Shown: positions 44,677 to 59,060, numbered from the stretch's first letter. The stretch: DNA of 64,000 nt from an uncultured Gemmatimonadales bacterium (GCA_963823035.1 CAWGKG010000018.1:416001-480000); one strand, 5' to 3'. Numbers and translations are program-made. The notes: generated from the sequence alone by a model not told the origin.

Positions 44677-45240
44677 TCAGCCCTGCCCCACGGCAGGTAG
44701 CTGGGCCTTCATGAGCTGGCGGCGCATCCCTTCCAGCCTTCTGCGGAGCGACCCGTCGTAGATCGTGTCTCCGGCGCGGACGACCACGCCCCCGAGGATC
44801 GCCGGCTTCACCCGCACATGGGGGATCGCCGTCTTGCCGAGCAACTTCGTCAGCCGGTCCGCGAGAAGGCCGCGTGTGGCGTCGTCCATGGGTCGAGCGA
44901 GCGTCACCTCGACGTGGGCCCGCCCCTCGTGCTCGTCCAGCCGCGCCGCGTACTCCCGCGCGATCGCACGCAGGAGGCGCTGGCGGCGCTTGTCGATCGT
45001 GATCAGCAGGAAACGCACGAGCGGTACCGGCAACTCGTCGCCGAAGATCTTCCGCACGACCTTCTTCTTGTCGGTATCGGCGATCCGCGGCGTCTCCAGA
45101 AAGAGGCGGAACCTGGGGTTCTCGTCGAGCAACCGAGCCACGGTGTCGATACCCTCGGCGAACGCGTCCAGCCCGTCGTGGCGCTGGGCGAGCTCGAAGA
45201 GCGTGTCGGCGTAGTTGCGTGCGACGGTCTCGTCTCTCAT
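44677..45240 (-). CDS. atpH: ATP synthase delta subunit
   Basis: VARNYA, ILGGVVVRAGDTIYDGS. Confidence 0.95.
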   Translation of the reverse strand: MRDETVARNYADTLFELAQRHDGLDAFAEGIDTVARLLDENPRFRLFLETPRIADTDKKKVVRKIFGDELPVPLVRFLLITIDKRRQRLLRAIAREYAARLDEHEGRAHVEVTLARPMDDATRGLLADRLTKLLGKTAIPHVRVKPAILGGVVVRAGDTIYDGSLRRRLEGMRRQLMKAQLPAVGQG

Positions 45241-45851
45241 GCCTGCGCCTCGGGCGCCCCCTGGCCCTCGGCCAGCTCGTCGAGGAACCGCTCGACCAGC
45301 TGACGGTCCTTGGCCTGGTCGAGGTGTTCGTGCATCAGCCGCGAGGCCGCCGCCAACGCGAGATCCACGGACTCCTTGCGCAGGGCCTCCAGCGCCGCGT
45401 CGCGCTCGCGCTGGATGTCCTGCCTGGCACGCTCCACGATGCCCTGGCCCTCGGCCCGGGCCTTCTCCTCCATCTCCTTGCGCAGGCGATCGCCGGCGGC
45501 CCGCCCTTCGGCCAGGATCTCACCCGCCTGGCGGCGTGCGTCGGCGAGCTGACGGCGGTGCTCGTCCAGCAGCTTCTCCGCCTCCGCCTGGCGTGCGGCT
45601 GCCTGATCCAACGCGTTCTGGATCCCCTTCTCCCGCGCATCCACGGCGGCGAGGATGGGGCCCCAGGCGAACTTGCCGAGCAGGAAGAGCAGCCCGGCGA
45701 ACACCAGCAGCGTCCAGACGCTGAGTCCGGTATTGATGTCGAACAGGCTCGGCTCGGCCGCCCCCTCGGCGCCGTGCTCCTGGGCCAGCAAGGCCAGGGG
45801 CGACGTCGCGAGGAACGCGAGCGCGGCCGGTAGGATCCGACGGGCTCTCAT
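45237..45851 (-). CDS. atpF: ATP synthase b subunit (N-terminal extension)
   Basis: WTLLVF..L..FAWGPIL...RE.GI followed by coiled coil. Confidence 0.95.
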   Translation of the reverse strand: MRARRILPAALAFLATSPLALLAQEHGAEGAAEPSLFDINTGLSVWTLLVFAGLLFLLGKFAWGPILAAVDAREKGIQNALDQAAARQAEAEKLLDEHRRQLADARRQAGEILAEGRAAGDRLRKEMEEKARAEGQGIVERARQDIQRERDAALEALRKESVDLALAAASRLMHEHLDQAKDRQLVERFLDELAEGQGAPEAQA

Positions 45852-45957
45852 AGGTCTCTCCAGAGGTTTCCCTGATCGCCCCCGCCCCGCGTGCGGTGCA
45901 CGGGAGCGCAGGCGGTCGATACCGGCCGCACGGGCGGCCGGTCCGTACCGGTCCAGG

Positions 45958-46299
<342 letters not shown>

Positions 46300-47229
46300 T
46301 CAGTGTGCGTGGCGGATCAGACCGATGAAGACCGCCGAGAGCATCGCGAAGATGTACGCCTGCAGGAACGCGACGAACACTTCGAGGATCATGAACGCCC
46401 AGACCATGCCGACGGACGCGCCGGCGATGGCCCACCTGCCGATGGCGATGTTGGCGAACAGGAAGATCATGCCGAGCAGCGACAGCACCAGCGTGTGGCC
46501 CGCGGTCATGTTCGCGAAGAGCCGGATCATGAGCGCGAAGGGCTTGGTGAGCTTCCCCAGGAACTCCACCGGGGTGAGGATCACCAGCATGATGGCCTGT
46601 CCCCACTTCGGCATCCCCGGCGGCGCGTAGAAGATCGTCTTCATGTAGCCCGAGAAGCCGAGCGCGCGCATGCCGGAGATCTCCACCACCACGAACGTCA
46701 CGAGGGCCAGGGCGCCGGTGACGCTGAGGTTCCCGGTGGGCGTCGAGCCGAACGGCACGAGGCCCATCAGGTTCATCGCGAGGATGAAGAAGAAGAGCGA
46801 CAGGATGTAGGGTGTGTATCCGTCGGCCCCGTGGCCGATGTTGCGCCGCACCACCTCGTCCCGGAAGAAGAGGATCAGCGCCTCCATCGCGTTCGCGAAG
46901 CCCTTGGGTGCGCGATCGGTGTAGCGCTTGCGCATGACGCTGGCGATCGGGATGAAGACCGCCAGCACGATGATCGCGGCGAGAACCACGAAGAAGATGT
47001 GCTTCGTGGGCGAGAGGTCGAGCGTCAGGCCCCCGATGTGGATCGGCGGGAGCGCGAAGCGCTCCAGGTCGAGCGTGAACCCCTTCCCCAGCAGCGTGAA
47101 GGAGATCTCCTTGCCGTCGGCCAGGTGGTGCATCAGCATCGCCTGGAGGTCGGGGCTCTCCTGCGCGCCCGCGTCGTGCGCGGCCTGCGCCCCACCCTGC
47201 AGTGCGTTCAGCAGTCCCAGCAGCGTCAT
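46300..47229 (-). CDS. atpB: ATP synthase a subunit
   Basis: NLMGLVP, KPFALMIRLFANMTAGH, LQAYIFAML. Confidence 0.97.
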   Translation of the reverse strand: MTLLGLLNALQGGAQAAHDAGAQESPDLQAMLMHHLADGKEISFTLLGKGFTLDLERFALPPIHIGGLTLDLSPTKHIFFVVLAAIIVLAVFIPIASVMRKRYTDRAPKGFANAMEALILFFRDEVVRRNIGHGADGYTPYILSLFFFILAMNLMGLVPFGSTPTGNLSVTGALALVTFVVVEISGMRALGFSGYMKTIFYAPPGMPKWGQAIMLVILTPVEFLGKLTKPFALMIRLFANMTAGHTLVLSLLGMIFLFANIAIGRWAIAGASVGMVWAFMILEVFVAFLQAYIFAMLSAVFIGLIRHAH

Positions 47230-47244
47230 CTCGCCTCGGCGCCC

Positions 47245-47613
47245 TCAGGTCGTTTCGCCCGCCCGGGGCCGGAAGTACACCGGCTCGAGCAGGAGTAGTC
47301 CAAAGAAGAATCCGGCCAGCGCGAAGAGCATCGGGATCGTCCCCGCCGCCTCGCTCCGGATGCCGAACACCGCGACGACCGCGATCACCGCCATCCTGAC
47401 CAGGGTGCTCCCCGCCCACACGGCGAGGAAACCGCTCACGTGGCCCCGGAAGCGCAGCAGCAACCAGAAAGCAACGACCTGCACGGAGAGCGCGATCACA
47501 CCCGCGGCGACGACACCCACCCGACCGTCCGCCCCGAGAAAGGGCCAGAGGGCGAGGGTGACGAGCGCGATGCCCGCCGAGCCCACGAGGGCGTACCTGA
47601 GGGGAGCGCTCAC
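47245..47613 (-). CDS. AtpI-like 4-TM protein
   Basis: Hydrophobic ORF directly upstream of atpB, coupled to the AtpZ stop. Confidence 0.7.
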   Translation of the reverse strand: MSAPLRYALVGSAGIALVTLALWPFLGADGRVGVVAAGVIALSVQVVAFWLLLRFRGHVSGFLAVWAGSTLVRMAVIAVVAVFGIRSEAAGTIPMLFALAGFFFGLLLLEPVYFRPRAGETT

Positions 47614-47861
47614 CGATCCGTATCCGAGCGTTGCCGTGGTTCGATCACGATGTGGTAGTACAGGCTGTAGAATCCGGCACCGGCCCCGACGAACGCTCCG
47701 ATCAGCAGGAGCCACGGCGACGTGCCCAACTTGCCGTCCAACCACGCCCCCGCGCCCAGGAAGAGCATCACAGCCAGCGCCCAGGTGAGCCCGTAGCCCA
47801 TGTACTGGCCGGAGGCTCTGAGGAGGTCGCGGGGATCAGCCCCTTTCTGGTCTCCGGACAC
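47610..47861 (-). CDS. AtpZ/AtpI family protein
   Basis: GAWLDGKLGTSPWLLLIG...GAGFYSLY. Confidence 0.88.
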   Translation of the reverse strand: MSGDQKGADPRDLLRASGQYMGYGLTWALAVMLFLGAGAWLDGKLGTSPWLLLIGAFVGAGAGFYSLYYHIVIEPRQRSDTDR

Positions 47862-47902
47862 AATCCGCTCCGTCTTGCCCTAGAGCCTGCGGAAGCTAGC
47901 GC

Positions 47903-47920
47903 TTGTGAAAAAAAACGCAA
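47903..47920. promoter_or_regulatory. Rex-like operator TTGTG-A8-CGCAA in the atp leader
   Basis: One mismatch to TTGTG-N8-CACAA; downstream of TAAAAT (-10, 47936-47941, minus strand). Confidence 0.5.
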
Positions 47921-48136
47921 GCTCGTAACCGCGCCATTTTAGCGGGGTTCCGGCCCTCCAACCCCGGAGTCGGCCGCGGGGTCCGTCGCGGAGCCGGTTC
48001 GCTGCGGAGCGCACGGCGGAGGCGCCCAAGCGGCGCGGACCCGTCACGCCCCCTGGCGGGTACGGGGCAGACGCCTTCTCTTGGAGCCCGCATCGGCACG
48101 CACGCGCGTCCGATCCTCCCCGCAACGATCCTCAGG

Positions 48137-49150
<1,014 letters not shown>

Positions 49151-49193
49151 ACCGAAGCGGTGGGGGGAGCGAACGCCCTCCCAGTAGGGGGCC

Positions 49194-50448
49194 ATGACGG
49201 GAACGGTCGTGGCGGTCGGTCTGGTGCTGCTCGTCCTCTCCGCCCTCCTCACGGCGGCCGGCACGGCCGTCTTCCAACTCGGGGTGTCGCGGCTGCGGAC
49301 GCTCCAGGAGGAGGGCTTCAAGGGCGCGGAGTCGCTGGCACGCCTGCGCGTCGACGATCGGCGCACGCGTACCGCCCTGCGCCTGGTGACGACCGCCCTG
49401 AACCTCGCCGCCGTGGGCGTGGCGGCCACGGCGGTCGACGGACCCGTCAGCATGGCGGTGATCCTCCTCGCGATTCTCGTCGTCCTCTTCCTGGCCGACC
49501 TGACGCCCCGGATCTTCGCGGCGCGCCACCCCGTGCGACTGGCGCTCTTCTCCGCCCCGCTGCTCCACGGGACTGACGCGCTGGCTGCACGCCCTCACGC
49601 TCCCCTTCACCCGCATGGAGGAGGCGCTCGCGGGCAACGGAGACGGGGAGCTGACGGCCGAGGAGCGCGAGCTCCGGGAGATCCAGGCGCTCGGGCAGGA
49701 GGAAGGCGTCCTCGAGGACCACGAGAACCTCCTCGTGGAACGTGCCTTCCGGCTCGACGAGCTCACCGCCTGGGACGTCATGACGCCCCGGGTCGACGTC
49801 TTCGCGTGGAAGGACTCCACACCCCTGGAGGACATCGTGGGGGAGATCTCCGGCGTGCCCTACAGCCGCGTGCCCGTATACGCGGAGTCGGTGGACGACA
49901 TCACCGGCATCCTCTACGTTCGGGAGGCCTACCAGGCGTTCGTCGAGGGGAAGCGTGACCTCCCCCTGGCGGCGCTGGCGCGGGAGCCCTTCTTCGTGCC
50001 CGGGTCGCTCTCGCTCTCCCGGCTGATGCAGGACTTCCAGACGCGCCGCATCCACATGGGGATCGTGGCGGACGAGTTCGGCGGCATCGACGGCCTGGTC
50101 ACCCTCGAGGACGTGCTCGAGGAGCTGGTGGGAGAGATCGTCGACGAGACCGATCTCGACGAGGAGGAGATGGTCCGCGTCTCGAAGACGGAGGCGCTCG
50201 TGGACGCGGGCGTGGACCTGCGTGAGATCAACTACGCGCTGAACCTCTCCCTCCCGATCCTCGAGCATCGCTCCCTCAACGGCTTCATCCTCGAGGAGAT
50301 GGGCTACGTGCCCGCCGTCGGCGAGACGCTGGAGCGCTCCGGGGTGCACATCGAGGTCGTCGAGGCGACGGAGACCCAGGTCGTGCGCGCGCGCCTGACG
50401 CGGCGCGCGGCCGGGGGCCCCGACACGCCGGCGCCGGTCCAGGAATAG
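49194..50448 (+). CDS. CNNM/CBS/CorC (hemolysin-family) protein; frameshift near 49570
   Basis: DUF21-like TM N-terminus, VMTPRVD, YSRVPVY, DEFGGIDGLVTLEDVLEELVGEI. Confidence 0.9.
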
Positions 50449-50450
50449 GA

Positions 50451-51086
50451 GTGGCCCTTCTTCTCCCTTTCGGCGGGAAGTCGCCCCGTGTGCACCCGTC
50501 GGCCTTCCTCGCGCCCACCGCCGTCCTCATCGGCGACGTGGAGATCGGAGCGGAAGCGAGCGTCTGGTTCGGCGCCGTGCTCCGCGGCGACGACCCGAAG
50601 CACCCGATCGTGGTCGGCGCGCGCAGCAGCGTCCAGGACAACTGCGTGGTCCACGTGGGGGACTGGGGCCCTACCGTGATCGGCGAGAACGTCACGGTGG
50701 GCCACGGCGCGAAGTTCGAGTGCTGCACGGTCGGCGACCGGACGGTGGTCGGGATGAACGCCGTGATCCTCCAGCGGGCGGTGATCGGCGCCGAGTGCGT
50801 GCTGGCGGCCAACACGGTCGTCCTCGAGGGCACGGAGATCCCGCCGCGCTCGTTGGTGGCGGGCGTGCCCGGCCGGGTGAAGAAGAGCCTGGAGGGTTCG
50901 GCGGCCGAGTGGATCGCGCGCGGCGGGACGCACTACGTGGAGTTGTCGCGCGCCTACCGCGCCGCAGGGATCGGCCGCCCGGAGGACGGCGCGCGCTGCG
51001 AACTGTGCGGCGGACCCGTGCTCGAGCGGCACTGCAAGCTCGTGTGCACGACCTGCGGGTACCAGCGGGACTGCTCGGACCCGTGA
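50451..51086 (+). CDS. Gamma carbonic anhydrase family protein with C-terminal zinc finger
   Basis: IGDVEIG...VWFGAVLRGD...VQDNCVVH hexapeptide repeats; tail CELCG...HCKLVCTTCG...CSDP. Confidence 0.9.
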   Translation: MALLLPFGGKSPRVHPSAFLAPTAVLIGDVEIGAEASVWFGAVLRGDDPKHPIVVGARSSVQDNCVVHVGDWGPTVIGENVTVGHGAKFECCTVGDRTVVGMNAVILQRAVIGAECVLAANTVVLEGTEIPPRSLVAGVPGRVKKSLEGSAAEWIARGGTHYVELSRAYRAAGIGRPEDGARCELCGGPVLERHCKLVCTTCGYQRDCSDP

Positions 51087-51131
51087 GGAGTGGGCGCGGC
51101 GGGACCGCCCACACCGGCAGCCCCCGACCTG

Positions 51132-51950
51132 CTACATCGTCAGCCCCACGATGCGCGTCAGGTACCACACCCTCAGCGCCTCGCCCCACGCCCACGTCAC
51201 CGCCCCCGCGGCGGCGAGGAACACCCCGAGCGGGATGAGCCGCTTCGAGAACGACGCCACCGGCCCGTAGACCACGAGCGCGAGCACGGAGCCGATGAAG
51301 ATCGTCTCGGCCACCCCCCACACGCCCACGAAGGCGCCCACCATCATCATCATCTTGATGTCCCCGCCGCCCATCGCGCGGTCGACGCCCGCCTCCTCGA
51401 GCCGCCCGGGAAAGAGCCGCTTGATCACCCACGTGCCGCCGACCGCCACGAGCCAGAGCAGCCCGTAGCCGATCGCCGCCCCGATGATCGACGTGCGCCA
51501 GCCGATTCCGCCCGGGAGGAAGGAAGCGGCCACGCCGAGCACCGTGCCGCCGATGGAGAACTCGTCGGGGATGATGTAGAACCGCGCGTCGCTCAGCGAG
51601 ATGCCGAAGAGGATCGTGAGGAAGATCCCGCCGCGCAGCGCCTCCCACGTCGCGCCGTGCGCGGCGAAGACCCCCGCCCACACCAGGCCGCTGGCGAGCT
51701 CCACCAGGGGGTACTGGATCGAGATGGGCTGGGAGCACCACCGACACCGCCCGCGCAGGATCACCCAGGAGAGCACCGGGATGTTGTCGTACCACCGCAC
51801 CGGCTCGCCGCAGCGGGGGCAGTGCGACGGCGGGCTGACCACCGACTCCTCCTCCGGCCAGCGCAGCGAACAGACGTTCAGGAACGAGCCGATCGCCAGG
51901 CCGAACAGCCCGGCCACGAAGGGAAGAAGCCAGCCGTCAACGAGCAGCAC
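51132..51950 (-). CDS. pilD: Prepilin peptidase
   Basis: GSFLNV, SHCPRC, NIPVLSW...GRCRWC..PIS.QYP, MGGGDIK. Confidence 0.93.
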   Translation of the reverse strand: MLLVDGWLLPFVAGLFGLAIGSFLNVCSLRWPEEESVVSPPSHCPRCGEPVRWYDNIPVLSWVILRGRCRWCSQPISIQYPLVELASGLVWAGVFAAHGATWEALRGGIFLTILFGISLSDARFYIIPDEFSIGGTVLGVAASFLPGGIGWRTSIIGAAIGYGLLWLVAVGGTWVIKRLFPGRLEEAGVDRAMGGGDIKMMMMVGAFVGVWGVAETIFIGSVLALVVYGPVASFSKRLIPLGVFLAAAGAVTWAWGEALRVWYLTRIVGLTM

Positions 51951-52723
51951 GCATCGTCTCCCGCGTCAGGGCGTAGAGGAGGAGGGCGCCGGCCACCGCG
52001 GCGTTGAGCGACTCCGCGGGCCCGGGCATCCGCACGCAGACGAACTGCTGGGCCGCGTCGCGGAGCGCCTCGCGCGGCCCGGCCCCCTCGTTCGCCACGA
52101 CCAGGGCCCATCCACTCGAGGTCACCGCCTCCTCGACGTCGCTCCCGGTCGCGTCGGCGACGAGCAGGGGGACGCCGGCACCCCGGAGGAGCGCGAGGGT
52201 CGCGTCCGCGCCCCGCTGCAGAAGGGGCCGGCGGAAGACCATCCCCGCCGAGGCTCGTACCGCTTTGGCGCCCCAGGGATCCGCCGTGCCGTCGAGGGCG
52301 AGGACGGCGTCGAGGTCGAACGCCGTCGCGGTCCGGACCAGGGTGCCCACGTTGCCCGGATCCTGCACGGCATCGAGCACGAGATAGTGCCCTCCGGCGC
52401 GCACCACGGCTTCGTCCGCGGCGGGCTGCGCGCACACCAGGAGGACGCCCTGCGGGTGCTCGGTGTCGGACAGGCCGGACGAGCGTGCGGTCGTCGACGT
52501 CGTCGGTCTCGACGCCCGCGCCCGCCAGCGCCGCGCGCGTCGCCGCCCCCTCCGGGAGGCCGTCGAGCGCGGAAGACGTCACGCCGAAGCGCGCTGCGGC
52601 GCCTGCGGCGAGCGCCTCCCGCACCGCGCGCACCCCCTCGACGAGGACCAGGCCCTCCCGCTCCCGCGTCTTCCGGTGCCGGAGCCGTCCGAGGATCTGC
52701 CGGCGGCGCTGGCTCAGTGCCAT
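51937..52723 (-). CDS. TrmH/SpoU RNA methyltransferase; frameshift near 52475
   Basis: [35 protein letters not shown]. Confidence 0.9.
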
Positions 52724-52776
52724 GGCATCACCCACCTTTCGGGCCACGGCCCCTGCACCACCCCGCACCGGATTCC

Positions 52777-53578
52777 ATGTCCCCGCCCCCACCCCGACCC
52801 GTCGCGCTCACGATCGCCGGAAGCGATTCCGGCGGCGGCGCGGGCATCCAGGCCGACCTGAAGACCTTCCACGCGTTCGGCGTGTTCGGCACCTCCGCGC
52901 TCACCGCGATCACGGCGCAGAACACGCGCGGCGTGACCGCCGTGCACGCCGTGCCTCTCGACGTCGTGGCGCGCCCAGATCGACGCGGTCGTCACCGACC
53001 TCCGCCCGGCGGGCGTGAAGACCGGGATGCTCGCGACGGCCGCGCTCGTGGAGGTCGTGGCCGACGCCATCGAGCGTCACGGGCTGGAGCGCTATGTGCT
53101 CGACCCCGTGATGGTGGCCACCAGCGGGGACCGGCTCCTCGACGAGGACGCCGAGGTCACGGTGGCGCGCAGGCTGCTCCCGCTCGCCGCGGTGGTGACC
53201 CCCAACCTCCACGAGGCCGCCATCCTCACGGGCCGCGAGGTGCGCACGCTCGACGACATGCGCGCCGCCGCCGACGCCCTCCTGGCGCTGGGCGCGGGCG
53301 CGGCCCTGGTCAAGGGCGGCCATCTGGCGGACGACGCCGTCGACCTCCTCCGCGACCCTTCCGGCGAGCGGGTGTGGCGCAAGCCACGCCTGGACACCCG
53401 CCACACGCACGGCACCGGCTGCACGCTGTCGGCCGCGATCGCGGCGGGACTCGCCCTCGACCTCCCCCTCGCGGAAGCGTCCGATCGGGCGGTCCGATGG
53501 GTCGCCCGCGCCATCGAGACGGCGCCGGGCCTGGGTGGCGGGCACGGTCCGGTGAATCACTTCGCCCCGGTGGACTGA
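52777..53578 (+). CDS. thiD: Hydroxymethylpyrimidine/phosphomethylpyrimidine kinase; frameshift near 52972
   Basis: [41 protein letters not shown]. Confidence 0.95.
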
Positions 53579-54391
53579 GGGAGGATCCGGAGCACCTCCT
53601 CCAGGATCCTGCCCAGCGCCTGGCCGGCGCGCCGACCGACCTCCATCACCTCTTCGTGCGTCTGGGGCTGGGCGGACAGCCCCGTCCCCTTGTTCGTCAC
53701 CACGGAGAACGCCAGGCAGCGAAGCCGATTCGCGCGCGCCGCCAGCACCTCCGGCACCGTCGACATCCCCACGACGTCGGCGCCCACCGCTGCCGAGCAT
53801 CCGCACCTCGGCCGCCGTCTCGAAGGACGGCCCGAGCATCGCGGCGTACACGCCGCCCCGCAGCGGCACGCCCACCGTGCCGGCGGCCCGCATCGCGAGC
53901 GCCCGCAGCGCCGGGTCGTAGGGCTCGCTCATGTCCGGAAAGCGGTCCTCGCCGCCCTGCACGGCGCCGACCAGGGGCGAGCGGAACATGAAGTTGATGT
54001 GGTCCTCGATGAGAACGAGGTCGCCGGGCTCGAGCGCCGGATCCACGCCCCCCGCGGCGTTCGTGAGCACGACCACCTCGATGCCCAGCGCCGCGGCCAC
54101 CCGCATCGGGGCCGCCACCACCTCGGGGGCGTGCCCTTCGTAGAGGTGGAAGCGACCGGCCTGCAGGAGCACGGGGCGCTCCGCGAGGCGCCCGCCCACG
54201 TAGCGCCCCGCGTGACCGACCACGCTGGTGGTCGGATAGCCGGGCAGGTCCGCGAAGGGCACGACGACCGGGTCGACCACGGCGTCGGCGAGGTGGCCCA
54301 GCCCGGAGCCCAGGACCAGCAGCACCTCGGGATCGCTCCCCAGGCGCGCGCGCAGCGCGCCGGCGGCGGCCTCGACGTCGAGCGGTGTCAT
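53557..54391 (-). CDS. punA: Purine-nucleoside phosphorylase; frameshift near 53790
   Basis: [40 protein letters not shown]. Confidence 0.92.
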
Positions 54392-54393
54392 CT

Positions 54394-55891
54394 CTAGAGG
54401 ATCATCCCGGCCACGGTCGCCGTCATGAACGCCGCGATCGTGCCGCCGATCATGGCCCGCAGCCCCAGGCGGGAGAGGTCGTGCCTTCGGGTCGGCGCGA
54501 TCCCGCCGATCCCGCCGAGCTGGATGGCGATCGACGAGAAGTTCGCGAAGCCGCAGAGGGCGTACGTCACGATGACGACCGAGCGGGGCTCGAGCGTCTG
54601 GTCGCCCTGCAGGATGCCCGCGAGCTGGATGTAGGCGAAGAACTCGTTGAGGACGGTCTTGATCCCCATCAGCGAAGCGACGGTGGGGGCGTCGTGCCAG
54701 GTCACGCCCATCAGCCAGGCGAGCGGCGCCAGCACCCAGCCCAGGATCTTCTCGAGCGTGAGCCCCTCGAGCCCGGCCAGCCCGCCGGCCCATCCGAGCA
54801 GCCCGTTGAAGAGATAGATGAGCGCGACGAAGGCCAGCAGCATCGCGCCGACGTTGAGCGCCAGGTAGAGCCCCTCCGAGGCTCCACGCGCCGCCGCGTC
54901 GATCACGTTGACGTCCGGGCGCTCCACCTGGATCTCGAGCGTGTTGCGGGTCTCCGGCTCTCCGGTCTCCGGCACCATGAGCTTGGCCACCACCAGCGCC
55001 GCGGGCGCCGACATGACCGACGCCGCCATGAGGTGCCCGGCGATGTCCGGGAAGTGGAGCAGCAGCATGCCGACGTAGGCCGCCATCACGCCGCCGGCCA
55101 CCGTCGCGAACCCCGCCGTCATGACCGCCATCAGCTCCGACAGCGTCATCCTCTCGACGAAGGGCTTGATCAGGAGCGGCGCCTCCGTCTGCCCCACGAA
55201 GATGTTGCCGGCGGCCGAGAGCGTCTCCGCGCCCGAGGTGCCCATCGTGCGCTGCATGACCCAGGCGACCCCGCGCACCGCCTTCTGCATGATGCCCAGG
55301 TGGTAGAGCACCGTCATGAGCGAGCAGAAGAAGATGATCGTCGGCAGCACGGTGAAGGCGAAGTACGAGCCGGTGTTCGCCACCTGCCCCGGTATCGCCG
55401 TGAAGGCGCCGTTGCCCGGGTCGCCCGCGCCGATCGGGACGTTGTTGTCCACGAGGTTGCCGAAGACGAAGCGCGCGCCGTCCACCGTGAAGCCGAGGAG
55501 CGCGACCACGACGGTGTTCATGGTGTCGAAGACGCGTGCGCCCACCGGCGTCTTGAGGATGAACAGCGCGAAGAGGAGCTGGAGGGAGATGCCCCAGATG
55601 ACCACGCGCCACGGCACGCGCTTGCGGTCCATCGACAGGAGCCAGGCGATCAGCGTGAGCGCCGACCAGGCCCACGAGCGAGCGGAGGCGCTCGGAGAGG
55701 GGCGTGTTCAGCGAGCCCCGTGGGATCCGGATCCCGACCTGCCCGCCCGCGCCCTGCTGCGCTGCGGCGACGACGGCCCCCTCGGCCGGCGCGGGTGGGG
55801 TTCCGGCGCCGAGGGCGGTCCACGCGCCGGTCGAGACGAGGAGCGCGCACAGTACCCAGAGGACCACCACGCCGGGCCGGGGCCGAATCAT
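54394..55891 (-). CDS. nupC: NupC/CNT nucleoside transporter; frameshift near 55660
   Basis: VLPTIIFF, NIFVGQTEAPL, GFATVAGG, LCGFANFSS. Confidence 0.92.
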
Positions 55892-55965
55892 CGAGGACGG
55901 GTCCTGTCAGCAGGTTGTGGGCGCCGAGGCGCCCGAGGACCCGCCAATATCGAGGGCTGCCGCCC

Positions 55966-56703
55966 TCACCACCAGCCGCCGCGCTGCAGATCGCGCGGGT
56001 CGAGGGCGAAGTGGCCGCGCTTGGCCTGCACGAGTCGCCAGTTCGCGAAGAGGCGGATGAGCAGCACGCCGGACACGAACCCGCCGATGTGCGCGGCGTA
56101 GGCCACCCCTCCGCCGGCACCCGAGGTCTGCGAGAAGAGCTGGAGCAGGAACCAGTAGCCCAGGATCACCCAGGCGGGAAGCGGGATGATGCGGATGAAG
56201 ATGATGAAGAAGAAGAGCGTCGCCACGCGCGCCCTGGGATAGAGCACGATGTAGGCGCCCATGATCCCCGCGATCGCCCCGGAGGCGCCCACGGTGGGAA
56301 CGGGCGAGCCCGGGTCGAGGAGGATCTGCGTGCCGATCGCGACCAGCCCGGTCAGGAGATAGAAGACGACGAAGCGCAGGCGACCCATGGAGTCCTCGAC
56401 GTTGTTCCCGAAGATCCACAGGAACCACATGTTCCCGATCAGGTGCATCCAGCTCCCGTGCAGGAACATCGAGGTGAACATCGCCTGCCAGGTCAGGCCG
56501 CCGAGCGCGCACGGCCCGCGCCCGCCCAGGCGCCCCGTGACCTCCGCCGGGATCGCGCCCAACGCGCAGATGGAGCCGTCGAGCAGCTCCTGGGACGTGC
56601 CCGCGCCCTGGACCAGGATCCAGACCGCGACGCAGGCGACGATGATCCCGATCGTGAAGAGGGGAAAGATCTCGGTCGGATTGTCGTCGTGGAGCGGAAA
56701 CAC
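55966..56703 (-). CDS. Rhomboid intramembrane serine protease
   Basis: [31 protein letters not shown]. Confidence 0.95.
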   Translation of the reverse strand: MFPLHDDNPTEIFPLFTIGIIVACVAVWILVQGAGTSQELLDGSICALGAIPAEVTGRLGGRGPCALGGLTWQAMFTSMFLHGSWMHLIGNMWFLWIFGNNVEDSMGRLRFVVFYLLTGLVAIGTQILLDPGSPVPTVGASGAIAGIMGAYIVLYPRARVATLFFFIIFIRIIPLPAWVILGYWFLLQLFSQTSGAGGGVAYAAHIGGFVSGVLLIRLFANWRLVQAKRGHFALDPRDLQRGGWW

Positions 56704-56787
56704 GGCGCGTTCGGTTCGGGGGAACTGCCACTTCGACAGAAGATAGTCGAAATGCGCCGAATTGGCGGTCTTTTCCGGCCCCCCGCC

Positions 56788-56815
56788 CGGCATGGGGATT
56801 GCATATCCCGTGCCG
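56788..56815. promoter_or_regulatory. Pair of overlapping sigma54-like -24/-12 promoters (dnaK on +, rhomboid on -)
   Basis: + CGGCATGGGGATTGCA; - CGGCACGGGATATGCA; both GG-N10-GC. Confidence 0.55.
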
Positions 56816-56921
56816 CAGTGGCGGCCCTCCGGGGCCCCTTCTCAACGACATCGACATCGCGGCACGTGGGGCGCCCGTTCGGGTCCCGACCGACCCGTCA
56901 GACCCCGTTCAGGAGCGGAGC

Positions 56922-58871
<1,950 letters not shown>

Positions 58872-58885
58872 GAGACGGTCCGTTC

Positions 58886-58916
58886 CGGGCCCCCCTCGCT
58901 CGAGGGGGGCCCGTTT
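58886..58916 (+). terminator. Intrinsic terminator after dnaK
   Basis: cgggcccccctcg-ct-cgaggggggcccg followed by ttt. Confidence 0.75.
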
Positions 58917-59060
58917 CGCCGGGCAACCCTCGGCGTCGAAGGGCAATCCAAACGACAGTCGTAGCCCCCGGACCCGGGTCCGGGGGTTCGGGTATGAAGA
59001 CGTCGTCGGATGGGCGTGGGGTCCGCCGACGACCCACAGCAGGAACTGCAAGGAGCCGAG

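Noticed and set aside
52910..55891. 993-aa NupC-PNP fusion ORF
   Set aside because: Created by frameshifts; nupC has its own stop at 54394 and punA its own ATG at 54391
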